From sequence record NC_041916.1: a DNA stretch of 64,000 nt. One strand, given 5' to 3'. A program made the position numbers and the translations under genes. The notes beneath the pieces were generated by a model. That model saw only the letters and a program-made list of their open reading frames with translations, was not told the origin of the DNA and made no database searches. Positions 36,770-48,700 of this stretch are shown here, piece by piece (position 1 is the stretch's first letter; each line of letters starts with the position of its first letter).

Positions 36770-39700
36770 TTAATTTCTTCCTCGGTAGGCTTCTACCATA
36801 AGTTTTGTTGTATGAATAACAAGCTCGTTGTTAACCAGTTTATCACGAAGACTCAGAACCATTCGGTTAAAGAGAGATTTAAATGAGAACAGGATGTCCA
36901 CTTTACGTCCATCTTTAGTATAGTACTGACGAGGAGCGATGTTACCCACCGTACCTTTCATCTGGTTGCCGATAACAAACTTGTCCACCGTGGTGGTTTC
37001 GGTAAAGTCTTCCACAAACACTTCGATGGAGACCTGACCCGGTTCAAGTGATGCTCGCATGCCACGACTACCTGCCACGTTACCGTTCACTACACCGTCA
37101 CCGGTAATAGCTGCTTGGCGTTTACGAAGACGGTCGAACTTATCCACGAACTTACGGACCGGTTCAGACATCTCTTCTTTATCACCGTTGTAACGCACGT
37201 CAATAGATACGACTTTACCGTGGTGGTTACTACGGATTTGTTTCGTACCTAAACGATCCAGACCAGACATGAAATCAGAAGTCTCTTCTTCCACACCTAC
37301 CAAGGACGCGTCCTCGATGTCACATAAAATCGTTTCGTAGTCTACATCGCTGCCAATGTCCACGTGCATCTTCAACCCTTGATCGAATTGACAGAAGAAC
37401 TTATTACCAAGGATGTAAGATGTTTTGGTGGCTTCTGCGAACTCTTTCGATACTTCGATGGAGTCTTCGAAGGTGAACTGGTTTTCAATCAGAGCGATGC
37501 GGGTCATTACACCACACTTCCAAACCACTTGACGAGGGTTTGCTGCATCACGTTGGAAGTAAACTTCATCCCAACCTAAGATGTCACCAGCGTCAAACGT
37601 GTCTCCCACTGCTAAGTCGGTCACACGATTATGACGATGAACTTCACCCGCCGCATCCCCTAACTTAATACCCAGTGGGTAAGTGTCCACGCTGCCGTCA
37701 GCATACTCAACACGAATACCGTCGTTCGTTACTTCTACCACCTTACCGGCTTGTTTAGCTGGTTTAGAGTAAAGTTCCGAAGTACGGTGAGCGATCACCA
37801 TGTCGTACGGAGTACGTGTGATGTTCGGTGTGTAGTTGACCGCTGAGGTACCTTGTGAATGTTGTACACCAGAGAACAAGGTACGTTTCGGGTCATCCTT
37901 GTTAGCACCCGCCATCAGGTTCATCGTTACCGAACCTAAACCTGCTTTACCCACATCACGACTGATGTCAATGTTACCACGGTAGTCCGCTACTTTCGGG
38001 TTACTGGTGGTGTACGTTACGTAACCAACTTTACCCGAGTCTTTACCCGCTTCTGAAATCACCCCTTTGTAACTAGGCAATTGACCACGAGTACGACGAA
38101 CCATGGTCACATCACTTCGACCGTTGTTACCACCGAACGTAACCGTTTCCTGTTCCTTGATCTCATGGATAGGGTTTACTTCCTGCACCATGTCAACCGA
38201 CGTGTCATTCATACACGCTTCCATCATCACCGCTTCAGGGTTCAGGTCGAAGGTTGCGCGAGCATCCATACCTTTACCGTTAAGCTGACGAGCTGATGTA
38301 GTCAACTGATGATAGATCGCACCTGCGAACGATTCGTAACCGATGAAACGTTGTTCTTCGATTTCAACTTCGTGACGGTGTTGTTCTGTACGTAACATCT
38401 CAGTAGCTTCAATCAACAAGTAATCAAAGCTGGTTGCGTGACCTAAACGTTTCAACTCTTCTCGTGTGATAGGGTCAATGAACATATCAAACAAGTTAGT
38501 CATCTCACGGAAGTGAGTTGGCTTCACCTTAGGGTTGTCGATCGCCGTCACCCAGATTTCAGGGTCGTTCATATCGAAACGGTTAAAGGTGTGTAAGTTG
38601 TTTAACTCAGTCATGCCACCGAATACCAACGATGCCATTGGGTCACGACGGTTAAAGATCAAAGTTTCATCCGCACAACGTAATGCGAATTCATCTTGTT
38701 CCAATTTAACGCGCGTACCACCCGGTACAGTCTTCGGTTCGATTTGAAGAATCTTCAATAGTTCATCGAAACCAAAGTAGTACGACAACACCACACCCAT
38801 AGGGAAACGGTAACCGTTGATGTTGATTTGACCGTACTCCACCGGAGCTTTACTGATGTTGATGCCTAAGAAAGATTCAAACGTACCTAAGGTTTCTTTA
38901 CCCGCTGTTAATAACCCGTTCTCATTTAACATGACCGGGGTCTTGCCACGGAAACCTACCGGAGCCTGTTCTGCGGTGAACAAGTTTGCCAGTGTTTCGT
39001 CTTTCTTAATGATCGCTTTGGCGTCGAACATCAATTCAACGTCTTTCACTTTAATTGAGGTGAAACGACGTGACAACAAAGTGAATAAACGAGGGGCTTT
39101 GTAATCGTTCGTGTAAACACTACCAACGTGCAAATCGATTTCGTTACGACCACCTAACTTACGAATTTGTTTAGACAACCACACCCCGTAGTCATCCGCC
39201 ACCGCTTTAGAACGACTGACGATCAACTTACGACCGTAATAAGAAGTCAGACCCACACGGTAGTCATCCAATTTACGAATCGGATGGTCCATACGTTGCA
39301 GACCTTTTGTACGTTTCTTACCGTCAATGGTAAACGTACCTTCTTTAGTCACTCGGGCAATGCGGAATGAACGCGTCACCGCTTTACCACCGACCGGATG
39401 GAATTGGACTTTGAAGACGTCGTAAGTACCGTCAACGTTATGCACGGTATCCATCTCAAAGTTGGTGACACATATCCCGGCTTGTTGTACTGCCAGAATT
39501 GCACTCACCATGTCTTTCAACAAGAACTTCTCCACGTAACCGTTCTTCAGATGGGCAACGGTAGAATCTAAGTAAGACTCATCTTCAACACCGATCATCT
39601 TTGGAGCAACACGACTAGGCAGTTCACGCAACGTTTTCTCTTCAATGCGAATGAATTCTTCTAACGTTTGACCGTTAGGCATTGTGAGATCTTTGTAACG

Positions 39701-41125
39701 TTCTGCTTGACGTAAGAAGAAGTCTTGTTGTGCTTTGGTCAACTGACCATCTTTAGCTTTACGTGCAATGGCACGTTTCACACCCGCAGTAGGGTCTTCA
39801 TCCGCCATGCGTTGATGTGTGGTGCTGATGCTAGACTCTTCGACTTGGAACTCCGTGTCGTCTATTTCATCAGTCCAATTTTGAAGTTGTTCTTCTTCTT
39901 GATCAGTTCCTGTATCTGATCCTGCACTACGTCCGCTTGGTTCTTCTCCGGACTGTCCATCCAGTCCCTCAGGGCTGACTTCAAGTCCATTGAGAAAATC
40001 ATCGAAGAGATCAGTGTCACCAGAAGTACCCACGTCGGAATCCGTCTCACCAGATTCTTCTTCCTTGGTTCCAGTATCCCGTTTCTCTTCACCCCCGTCC
40101 TTGCTTGAACCAGCTTCTTCACCTTCGCCAACATCGACTTCCTCCTGATCAGCCATTGTGACCATTTTCATGAAGATCGTCAGGGTACGTTTTACAGCGT
40201 TAATTCGTTGCGACGTATTATAATCGACGATTTCTTCACCGTTTTTCTCGGTTACTTTATTTAACTCGTCAAGCCAGTCACGTAACAGACCCGGTTTTAG
40301 GATAACCGCTTTTCCGTTCTTAGTAAAGACTAAGTTTAAACGCTCTAAGGATTTTTCAGACAGACGGTTAAATAAGGAATACTCGTATTGACCGCTCAAC
40401 CAAGCAAACCAGTCCAGTAACCAGAAAGCCCCGGTGCGTTTCAAATCACGTAACGCTTGGTCATTGTGATCAGTCAGGACAAGTTTCCCTTCGTCATCTT
40501 TAGTAAAGAATTTCTCGTAGTGACGGAAGTACTCCACAAATTTCTGATGCAAAGGAATCTGGTTAGGGAGTTCGATACGCATGAAGAATTGACGGTCGTT
40601 GCCTTCCGTGTGTTTGTTCATGATATCGAAAAGGTTAGCCAGCTGGTTATAGCTTTTATCGAACGCCAAGAAGCGGTTAGGAACATAGTTCCATTTTAAC
40701 TGCCCTAGTGCGTTGTTGATCACCACCAGTTCTTTAGCACGGCTAAGTGGTTGAGTTAGGTTACGAGCGTATTTGTACTTAAAGTGACCATTACGGTAAC
40801 GTTGGATTTGTTTGCGTTCGTCCAATGCCGCTGGACGTGCTTTACCTGCAAACACCACGTACTGACTATCAAACCCGACGTTAATGATGTCTGGGTAGTT
40901 TGATATCATCGGCTCTTGGTTACTCGGACCCAAGTCTTGCTGATGTTTTGGGTAATAGAAGAAAGCCGCATCACGCGGTAATTCAACGTCACTTAAGTTG
41001 TGAAATCTAGGGTTGGTTAAGTCGTTCTTACGGCGAACCACGTACTCTTTGAAGAACAAAGGATACAGTGCTTCCAAACCGTCTATCGGCAAACTGTCAA
41101 CCTCTAGGGCGTCTTTAAAATGCAT
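36770..41125 (-). CDS. rpoB: Virion RNA polymerase beta-like subunit (phiKZ gp178-like), 1451 aa
   Basis: beta motifs (VTFGGNNGRS, DSGKVG, FTFEDSI, DKFVIGNQMKGTV); split phage homolog, not host rpoB. Confidence 0.9.
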   Translation of the reverse strand: MHFKDALEVDSLPIDGLEALYPLFFKEYVVRRKNDLTNPRFHNLSDVELPRDAAFFYYPKHQQDLGPSNQEPMISNYPDIINVGFDSQYVVFAGKARPAALDERKQIQRYRNGHFKYKYARNLTQPLSRAKELVVINNALGQLKWNYVPNRFLAFDKSYNQLANLFDIMNKHTEGNDRQFFMRIELPNQIPLHQKFVEYFRHYEKFFTKDDEGKLVLTDHNDQALRDLKRTGAFWLLDWFAWLSGQYEYSLFNRLSEKSLERLNLVFTKNGKAVILKPGLLRDWLDELNKVTEKNGEEIVDYNTSQRINAVKRTLTIFMKMVTMADQEEVDVGEGEEAGSSKDGGEEKRDTGTKEEESGETDSDVGTSGDTDLFDDFLNGLEVSPEGLDGQSGEEPSGRSAGSDTGTDQEEEQLQNWTDEIDDTEFQVEESSISTTHQRMADEDPTAGVKRAIARKAKDGQLTKAQQDFFLRQAERYKDLTMPNGQTLEEFIRIEEKTLRELPSRVAPKMIGVEDESYLDSTVAHLKNGYVEKFLLKDMVSAILAVQQAGICVTNFEMDTVHNVDGTYDVFKVQFHPVGGKAVTRSFRIARVTKEGTFTIDGKKRTKGLQRMDHPIRKLDDYRVGLTSYYGRKLIVSRSKAVADDYGVWLSKQIRKLGGRNEIDLHVGSVYTNDYKAPRLFTLLSRRFTSIKVKDVELMFDAKAIIKKDETLANLFTAEQAPVGFRGKTPVMLNENGLLTAGKETLGTFESFLGINISKAPVEYGQININGYRFPMGVVLSYYFGFDELLKILQIEPKTVPGGTRVKLEQDEFALRCADETLIFNRRDPMASLVFGGMTELNNLHTFNRFDMNDPEIWVTAIDNPKVKPTHFREMTNLFDMFIDPITREELKRLGHATSFDYLLIEATEMLRTEQHRHEVEIEEQRFIGYESFAGAIYHQLTTSARQLNGKGMDARATFDLNPEAVMMEACMNDTSVDMVQEVNPIHEIKEQETVTFGGNNGRSDVTMVRRTRGQLPSYKGVISEAGKDSGKVGYVTYTTSNPKVADYRGNIDISRDVGKAGLGSVTMNLMAGANKDDPKRTLFSGVQHSQGTSAVNYTPNITRTPYDMVIAHRTSELYSKPAKQAGKVVEVTNDGIRVEYADGSVDTYPLGIKLGDAAGEVHRHNRVTDLAVGDTFDAGDILGWDEVYFQRDAANPRQVVWKCGVMTRIALIENQFTFEDSIEVSKEFAEATKTSYILGNKFFCQFDQGLKMHVDIGSDVDYETILCDIEDASLVGVEEETSDFMSGLDRLGTKQIRSNHHGKVVSIDVRYNGDKEEMSEPVRKFVDKFDRLRKRQAAITGDGVVNGNVAGSRGMRASLEPGQVSIEVFVEDFTETTTVDKFVIGNQMKGTVGNIAPRQYYTKDGRKVDILFSFKSLFNRMVLSLRDKLVNNELVIHTTKLMVEAYRGRN

Positions 41126-41127
41126 GT

Positions 41128-42738
41128 TTACTCCAATCCACTCGTTAGAGCGCGTAATAAGAATTCGTGAGGCTCCACCACTGGCTCGTACAGGAAGTCA
41201 CCGGAACCGGTGATGTAGAAACTTCGTTCCCCCATACGTTTGAGTGCTTGCTTGATTGAGTCCTCTGCCTCAATACCATTACTGTTTAATTGGTCGCCAT
41301 CGAAGTCACCACCCAACAGTTGGAGGCGAGAGCCATCCACAGACATCGCATCAAAGTAACTTGGCTTGCCTGTTAAAATAGGGTAGTTGTTTAATCGATT
41401 GGTTTCTTCCCAGTAATCATCTAACAATACACGAGGTCGTGTTTCGATGGTGGTACGGAGGTTAATCTTAGAAGGGTAGATGGAACCCACACCAGTGATC
41501 GGGTAACGAGTGATCTGACTCATACGAGTTTCGATCAAATTACCACAACTGATGTAGAACAGTTCCATGTAAGTCAACGGACGAAGGTGTTTAGGGTCAC
41601 GATCTCCGATCTCCGATTTATCACCTACAATACGAACGTGTGTTCCGTCGTCATACACCAGACCCATGAGGGAGCCTGAGATCATGATCGGTTTGTTACG
41701 AAGATGTGTGTCTTTAAATCCATTGAACAAACGAGTCAACCCTTCTGGGGTCATCCATTTGTCAACGACTTTGATTTCCACTTCTTTATATTCGTATTCA
41801 AACGTTTTCGGGTTAACCAGTTTCGCCATCGGACTGCCAATGGTGAAGACGTTTTGTAACCAACCATTCAACATGCCATGACGACATGTGTATTGGTATT
41901 CCAACAACGCTTGGTACAAACCGATGTCGGTGGTGTTAACATCCACGCCTGTATCGGCATCCGCGTCAGCAATCGACACGTGTCGTGCGGAGATAACGTT
42001 ACGAGTACCACCAACCACACCACGTGTGGCTACGCGTTTCTGCCAGAAGCCTGTTTTACCACGCATCAACCCTTGGATGTAAGTGTCGATGTCATTGAAG
42101 TTAGATTGAGCACCCCAACGCAAGTTATCGTAGACCGGTGAGTTTTCTTCACCTTCATTCACGACTACGGCTTTGGTACGGAACAACAACTTACGGTAGT
42201 ATTCGTTGATCTCTGGTTCGATGGTACGGTTATCGTTAGGAGAGAACTGTACGTCACGAAGACCGGCAGGGATAACCAGAATCTTACTGGTAAGCGCTTG
42301 CGGTTGAAAACGATGGAATAGTTCGATCTTTTTCTTTCGACGGAAAGACTCCGTTAACTTAGGTTCCAGTTCATTAAAGTGTTTCATGAAGAAACTGAAT
42401 CCGGTGTCCCCATCAAGCAGGTTGGATTTTATGAAGTCTTTGCTTTCACTATCCCAGACGGCGTATTCCGTCCCTTTGATTATTCCCGCATATAAAGATT
42501 TGAGGGTAATCATGGCTTTGAAATACGTAGGGTTAAATACGGGAAGTTTAACGTCGATGTAAGAGAACTTACGATCACGTTCATCACTACCCACACGTCC
42601 GAAGGTTTCTACTGAATACAACCCGTCTGGGTGCAAGCTGGTAGAAGAACCCTCGTTTACATCAGCTGATGATACAGGACGCATCAGCGACCAAGCAACT
42701 TTACTTGGGTTTAATAAAGAAACGTTAGTAGGTTTCAT
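41128..42738 (-). CDS. rpoC: Virion RNA polymerase beta'-like catalytic subunit (phiKZ gp180-like), 536 aa
   Basis: GGDFDGDQ catalytic motif; GLYSVETFG, VIPAGLRD, ITRYPI; split phage homolog. Confidence 0.92.
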   Translation of the reverse strand: MKPTNVSLLNPSKVAWSLMRPVSSADVNEGSSTSLHPDGLYSVETFGRVGSDERDRKFSYIDVKLPVFNPTYFKAMITLKSLYAGIIKGTEYAVWDSESKDFIKSNLLDGDTGFSFFMKHFNELEPKLTESFRRKKKIELFHRFQPQALTSKILVIPAGLRDVQFSPNDNRTIEPEINEYYRKLLFRTKAVVVNEGEENSPVYDNLRWGAQSNFNDIDTYIQGLMRGKTGFWQKRVATRGVVGGTRNVISARHVSIADADADTGVDVNTTDIGLYQALLEYQYTCRHGMLNGWLQNVFTIGSPMAKLVNPKTFEYEYKEVEIKVVDKWMTPEGLTRLFNGFKDTHLRNKPIMISGSLMGLVYDDGTHVRIVGDKSEIGDRDPKHLRPLTYMELFYISCGNLIETRMSQITRYPITGVGSIYPSKINLRTTIETRPRVLLDDYWEETNRLNNYPILTGKPSYFDAMSVDGSRLQLLGGDFDGDQLNSNGIEAEDSIKQALKRMGERSFYITGSGDFLYEPVVEPHEFLLRALTSGLE

Positions 42739-42759
42739 AAATCACCATGAGGTTTCATA

Positions 42760-45700
42760 ATGGCTACTGATAATGATTGGGGAGATGATTTCTTAGATGG
42801 CGATTTCGATTTCGACTATGACTTTGATGGAAACAAAGATCAAGGTTTTTTGAAATCCGTGTCTAAAGGTTTCTTCTCTTCCTTAAAATCTAATACCGTC
42901 GGGGATACCGACGCTAAGATTAAAACATTACGACGAATTTTACCTAGTTCATTCGGCACTACCTTTAACTTCTACCGTGACCTAGATCGTCGTAAGAAAG
43001 AAGCGTTCAAAGAGTTTAAAGAGAACAGCGCTGAGTTAATGGGTGACTTAGCGTTTTTGTCTGGTTCTCTTAGTGAGTCCCTTCGAGACCGGTTACCTAA
43101 TAAAATCGTCGATGGATTAGACGAGTTTAGTAAAAAGGATTTCAGTGACTGGGAAAAAGAAGGTGAGTACCGTGATCCGGGTTTATCCATGGAAAGTGTT
43201 ACCGGAGACATGGAGCAACAAATGCTGGAAGCTCTGGAAGCACAATCATCCATTACGGTAGAAGCCACCGATACGATGACTCGTGTGATGAGCAGCATCG
43301 GCGCTAAGCAATTGTCGGCAGGGTTGCAAAACAACGACCAACTTTACGAAGTTAACGCTAACTTAAGACGTTTGTACGAATATCAAATGAACGTGCAGGC
43401 GAAACGTGAAGCCATGAAACTTAACTTGATGACTCGTAACTTTTTAACGAGCGCCAAGTATTACAAATTCATGGAAGCGTCTCAACACCGTTTGGTTCGT
43501 GAGTTGAAAGACATCACCAAAAACACCGCAATGAGTGAGTATGAGAAAACCTCAGCCATTCAAGCGGCGAAAAGCAATATTCGTGATGGCATCCTTCAAA
43601 CGACGTTAGCACGCACTGGAGGCTTCGGAGAAGCGCTAAGCAGCATCATTAGTAAAGACAGTGTGAATGAAGGTTTAAGTACCTTTGGACAGATTGTGGG
43701 TGATTTGCGTTTTGCGACAGAAATGTCTCAGGGAAGTGGAATTAATGCGGGCGAGATGATCGGTAGCATGCTAGGTCAGTATGTTGTTGAGAAAGGTCCG
43801 GAGTTCCTAGGCACGCCTGCGGGTAAGAAGATGGTGAATAAACTCCGTCTTCGTTATCCTGAACAAGCGAAGAAGTTTGATGAGATGTACAAAACTCTAA
43901 CCGAGTTTGGTGACACGCTTTCTTACTCCACCAAAGCACTAGGTTCGGTCATGGGTCGTCATTACCAAGAAACGGGTATGATGGATCTCCCTGATCAAAC
44001 TTACGAGGAATACCTAGAAGAGTTACCTGCGGATAAAGACCCGATGCCTAAAGCGTTATGGGCTACGATTCGTAAGGCTACTAAAGCAGCAGGTGGGGCG
44101 TTTAACTTGATCGGTGAAAACTATCAAGAGTCTCAAGGCAGCTTCTATCAAATCCAAGAAAAATCCCTAGCGAGTTTAAAAGACGTTTCGGTTTGGTCAA
44201 TTCATGACTCTCGTTCTTTAACAGAAGAAATCCCAACGTTATTAAGTGAGATTCACAACTCCATTGAAAAGATTCGTACTGGAGACGACAACGCGTCTAA
44301 GTTGCGTTACGATTACCGTACGTCTCGTGTAACGACCACAGACAGCTTGAACAAACAAGTTGAGCGTATCGTAACACCGGCATGGGAGCTCAACTCCTAC
44401 GCTGATACAGCGCGTTCTATCGCTAAAGATCTGGATAAAGACGGCACGCTTTCTAAGGAAGCACTAGATGCATTATCCCTTCGCTTAGCACGAGAATCAG
44501 ACAAAGGTAATATCTTTAACCCATACGACTACATTCGTATGCAGACTGATGAATACCTGAATGAAGATCATGCAAAAGAGATCGACGAATTAATGCGTTC
44601 TCGTTTCCAGATCAAAGAAGAGGACATCGCTCGTACTCAGGAGAATACCCTAGACGGTCTTATGGCTCGTTTGATGGTACCGACGGCTGAAGGGAAAGAG
44701 TTACTCCACCGTTTGTCAGAACGTACGGAGTCCTTAAAGAACTACACGCCGGATGTGTCTAAGAAAATCGATCTTATTCGTAATCTCGGTTTGGATGAAG
44801 GTTTAAAATCTTCAGGTTATGTCATGGTCGATGAAAAGACCAACAAAGAGTACATTAACCAAGAGCTTATTTGGAAACAGCTTCATAACCAAATAACAGG
44901 AAAAGGATTGAACTTGGAACTCCCTAAAGTGGATATCCATAATCCTACGGATACAAGACTAGAATTAGGAAGACGTAGTCGTTACACTCCTACTCCGCTT
45001 AATAATAGTCAAACTCCCCCTTCTTTTTCCGACGGTCTTTCCAGTTCTCTTCCCTCCCTCCCTCCCTTTCAGGAAGAAGTCAGTGGTGTGCTCAGCAATA
45101 TCATGGACACGCTAGTAGAAATTCAAAACAACACGAAAGTGTTGGAAGCAATCCATGGTAAAGATCAATCTGGCTTAAGTCTGAACCTAGAACCGATGCT
45201 AGACCTTATGACGACGAACAACAGTACGTTGGCAGAGATCAGCAGCACCCAACTCGAACAACTAGCCGTGCTTCGTAAATTGAAAGCGGTTACGACAATT
45301 GGTACTGAAGGGTTAGGGGACGGTGAAGTCACCCCAGAAAAACAACAAGAAGAAAAAGAGAAACGTTCTTTGATTGAACGTCTCCGTGCCATCGTTCCAG
45401 CGGACGTGTTCAATAAAGGGGTGGAAGCCCTGATTGCGAACAAACCAATGGTGTTAGGTGGTCTTCTAGGTGGTCTGGGTGTGACTGCAATGACAAACCC
45501 GAAAGCCGCCGCTTTACTTGCGGGTGGTGCCGCAGTTGCCACGGTTTACGGTAAGTTGAACCACTTGGCTAACTCAGGGAGTGCACCGGGTGAGGATGAG
45601 GACCTTTACGATGAAGAAGGGAATGAAGTTCTGTACGCTTCTAAGAAGAATGCAGGTGACTACTACGACCAAGCTTCTCGTAAAGTAATCAAGTCTTGGA

Positions 45701-48700
45701 AAGATGTTAAGGGGACGGTCATCGACATGTCCGCAGGTGCCTCAGAGATCGCTGCTTCGGCTAAACGTCTTGGTGGTAAGCTGTTCGGTCCTGATGGTCG
45801 TGAGGTGGTGCTGGAAGGTGTCCATCGTCTGAAAGCCTTTGTGAGTAAAACGTACAAAGCGATTGATCCTGTCGGTAAAGCGAAGCAGTTGTTTGAAGCA
45901 GCGCGCACCGAAGTCGATCAATTGAACGTTTACCTGAAAGGGGATTCGGATCCAGTCTTAACTCGCCGTGGGTTTAAGAATGGATGGTACTACGATGCCG
46001 AAGGGAACGAAATCAAAGGTTGGCGCGACATTAAAGGTCCGGTGTACGATCAAAACGGTGATGAACTCATTTCAATGGAAGATCTTAAAGCAGGTCTTCA
46101 TACCGTGGGTGGCGTTACGCTAGACTCGTTGAGCTCTGCGGGCAAGTCCTTTGGTAAGATGTTGAGTAAGGGGTCTAACTGGTTACAAACCGAAGGACGT
46201 GAACGACTAGGTAGTAAGATACTGGGTCAGGAAGTCCACCTTGACAGAACCGGTGGAAAGTACGAACCGATCACGGAACGTCTGGATTCGATCTACGCTC
46301 TCGTTGCTAAGCATTGGGGTTACGATGATAAGATCCCGATGAGTGAGAAAGTCGGTCCTAAGATCAAAGCGCAAATGGACAAGCTTACTGAAGACGACGA
46401 TGCTGACGTTACTCCAGATAAACCGGGGATACGTTTGAACTCGCTAGCGGATAAGATTCGTCGTAAGAAAGAAGCGAAACGTGCACAGTTCCAAGATTCA
46501 GTCATCGACATCGCCGATACGTTAAAGCCTAAAGATAAAGATGGTAAACCTAAGAAAGACGGTGGCATCTTTGGCAGTCTGTTAGGTATGGCGGGTGGTG
46601 GTCTCTTTGCGATGCTGAAGAAGTTCTTGGGATTAGGCATCTCCGGGTTCTCTAGCATGATGAAGCTGAACGGCACAATCGCCAAAGGCTTGTTCTCGTT
46701 AGGTAAGGTCTTGACAGGGGCTTTGTTAGGGAAACGTGCTAAAGACGGTGTGGAAGACATCGTAGACGGTATGGACGGGTCAGGTGAACGTCGTAAAGGT
46801 GGTAAAGGTAAACGTGGGAGAGGTCGCTTCCCTCGTATGGGTAAGATGGGTGGTATGACTAAGCTAGGTCTGGGTGCTGGTCTGATGATCGGCGGCGACA
46901 TGGCTCTAGACTTCGCCAGAGACTCTCTAGACCCTGAAGAAGGTTCAGTGACCGACAAACTGCTGGATTACAGTTCAGTTGGTTTGGACGTTGCAGGCTT
47001 AGGGATGACCGCCTCAGCAATCGCGGGTATGGCGGGTACATCTCTGGGTGGTATCGCAGCAGCGGCAGCACCGTTGTTACTTAACCCGATTACTCTGGGC
47101 GTGGCAGGTGTTGGTTTGGTAGGTTACGGAGCTTACAAATACTTCAGCTCTAGCGATCTTACCACACAGCAAAAACTTCGTATGGCACAATACGGTATTG
47201 ATGCTCAACACGAAGAACTCATCAATGAAGTATTGAAACTGGAAGCACAGCTCGAGAACTATGTTAGTATTAATGGTGATCAAGCTAACTTCACAGAAAC
47301 CACTCCGTTTAACAAAATCTTGTCTCCGTTCTTTGCGAGTCGTAAAACACAGCAAGGTCTGCAAGATGGTGTGACGTGGTTTGGTAAACGTTTCAAACCA
47401 GTGTTCTTGAGTTACTTGTCAGCGATGCGTACTTTGAATTGTAACGGGTTTAAAGAGTTCGATCAATCTAAGAACCTTAACGTTGCAATCATCGCTAAAG
47501 AAGCCAACCAGAACGTCATGAACGTGAACCCTAATCCGTACCGCATTCAAGTCTGGATTTCTCCGGATGTGTATGCATTGGATTACGCGGACACCATGGC
47601 TCAAGTCAATCGTTATCTTGAGGAGTTTAAGAAAGACAACGATAAGACCAACATGTTCAAGAAACTTCCTGAAGATCTGATGATTCAAAACACCGAAACT
47701 CAGATCAAGGAAAATGAACAGAAGGGAATGTTGTCCTCGGCATGGGATAAGCTCACTGGTAATTACGTCGACCAAGATAAACAGGACAAACTCGATACGT
47801 GGTTTAAGCAACCGGAGATCATTAAAGACATTGACGTGTCGGACATGCTACCGGGAGATAAACCAGTGGCAATCATCACTGCTTTCCGTCTTGCCGCTTA
47901 CGGTAATGATGAAAACATGCCTTGGCGTGTGGAAGGGGTGTTGAAGCTAGAGCGTTGGATGGAATCTCGGATGGCGTTCATTGGTGGTAAGGCTCAGTTC
48001 ACGGGTACCGATGAAGAGTTCTGGAAAGCCTTTGCTATGACATTCCGTATCACGTCTAAGCGTGGTCGTGAAATGACACTGCGTTGGTTTAACTACCGCT
48101 TCTTGCCTGTGTTCACTGCGTGGTTTGAAACCTGTCGTACTCAACGTGGCGGCGTGCCTTCGAAAGTGTGGCGTGCGTTGTCGGCAACAGCGAAGTTCCG
48201 CTTCGCTCGTCGTGTGAGCGAAATGACCGTTCTGATTGATGAACGTGTTCGTGCTGTGTTCGAAATCGATGAAGCCCCGTTTGAAGGTGAACGTTCTTCA
48301 GGTATGTCTACTAAGGCCAAACGTCTATTGACGGCTTTAGAGGTCAAAGCTAACGAAGCCAAGATCAAAGACCCTGAGTTAGAACGTACATTAACTCAAC
48401 CGGACAAGATCAAGGACAATTCGGTTTACGCACCAGCACCGGGCACCATGACGGCGGATCCAAAGGCTAATCCAGATTTCCAAGCACTGCGTGGCGGTAT
48501 TGCTACTCCGGAGGAAATGCGAAATAACCGTGGTCCACATGGTCGCAAGAAACGAGAACAACAATGGGCTCGTAATCAACTGTCCGGTGAGCTGGACCAG
48601 ATTAACGTAGACACCAGTCAGAAGTACGATGCTGGCGCTGAACTAAAACCCGGGAACGATCGTGGAGTTTCTTTGAATAAAGATCAGATGGTTAAAGTCT

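Noticed and set aside
36770-42738. Introns, inteins or homing endonucleases in the vRNAP genes
   Set aside because: Both ORFs are continuous with only 2 nt between them; no intein termini, HNH or LAGLIDADG motifs seen.
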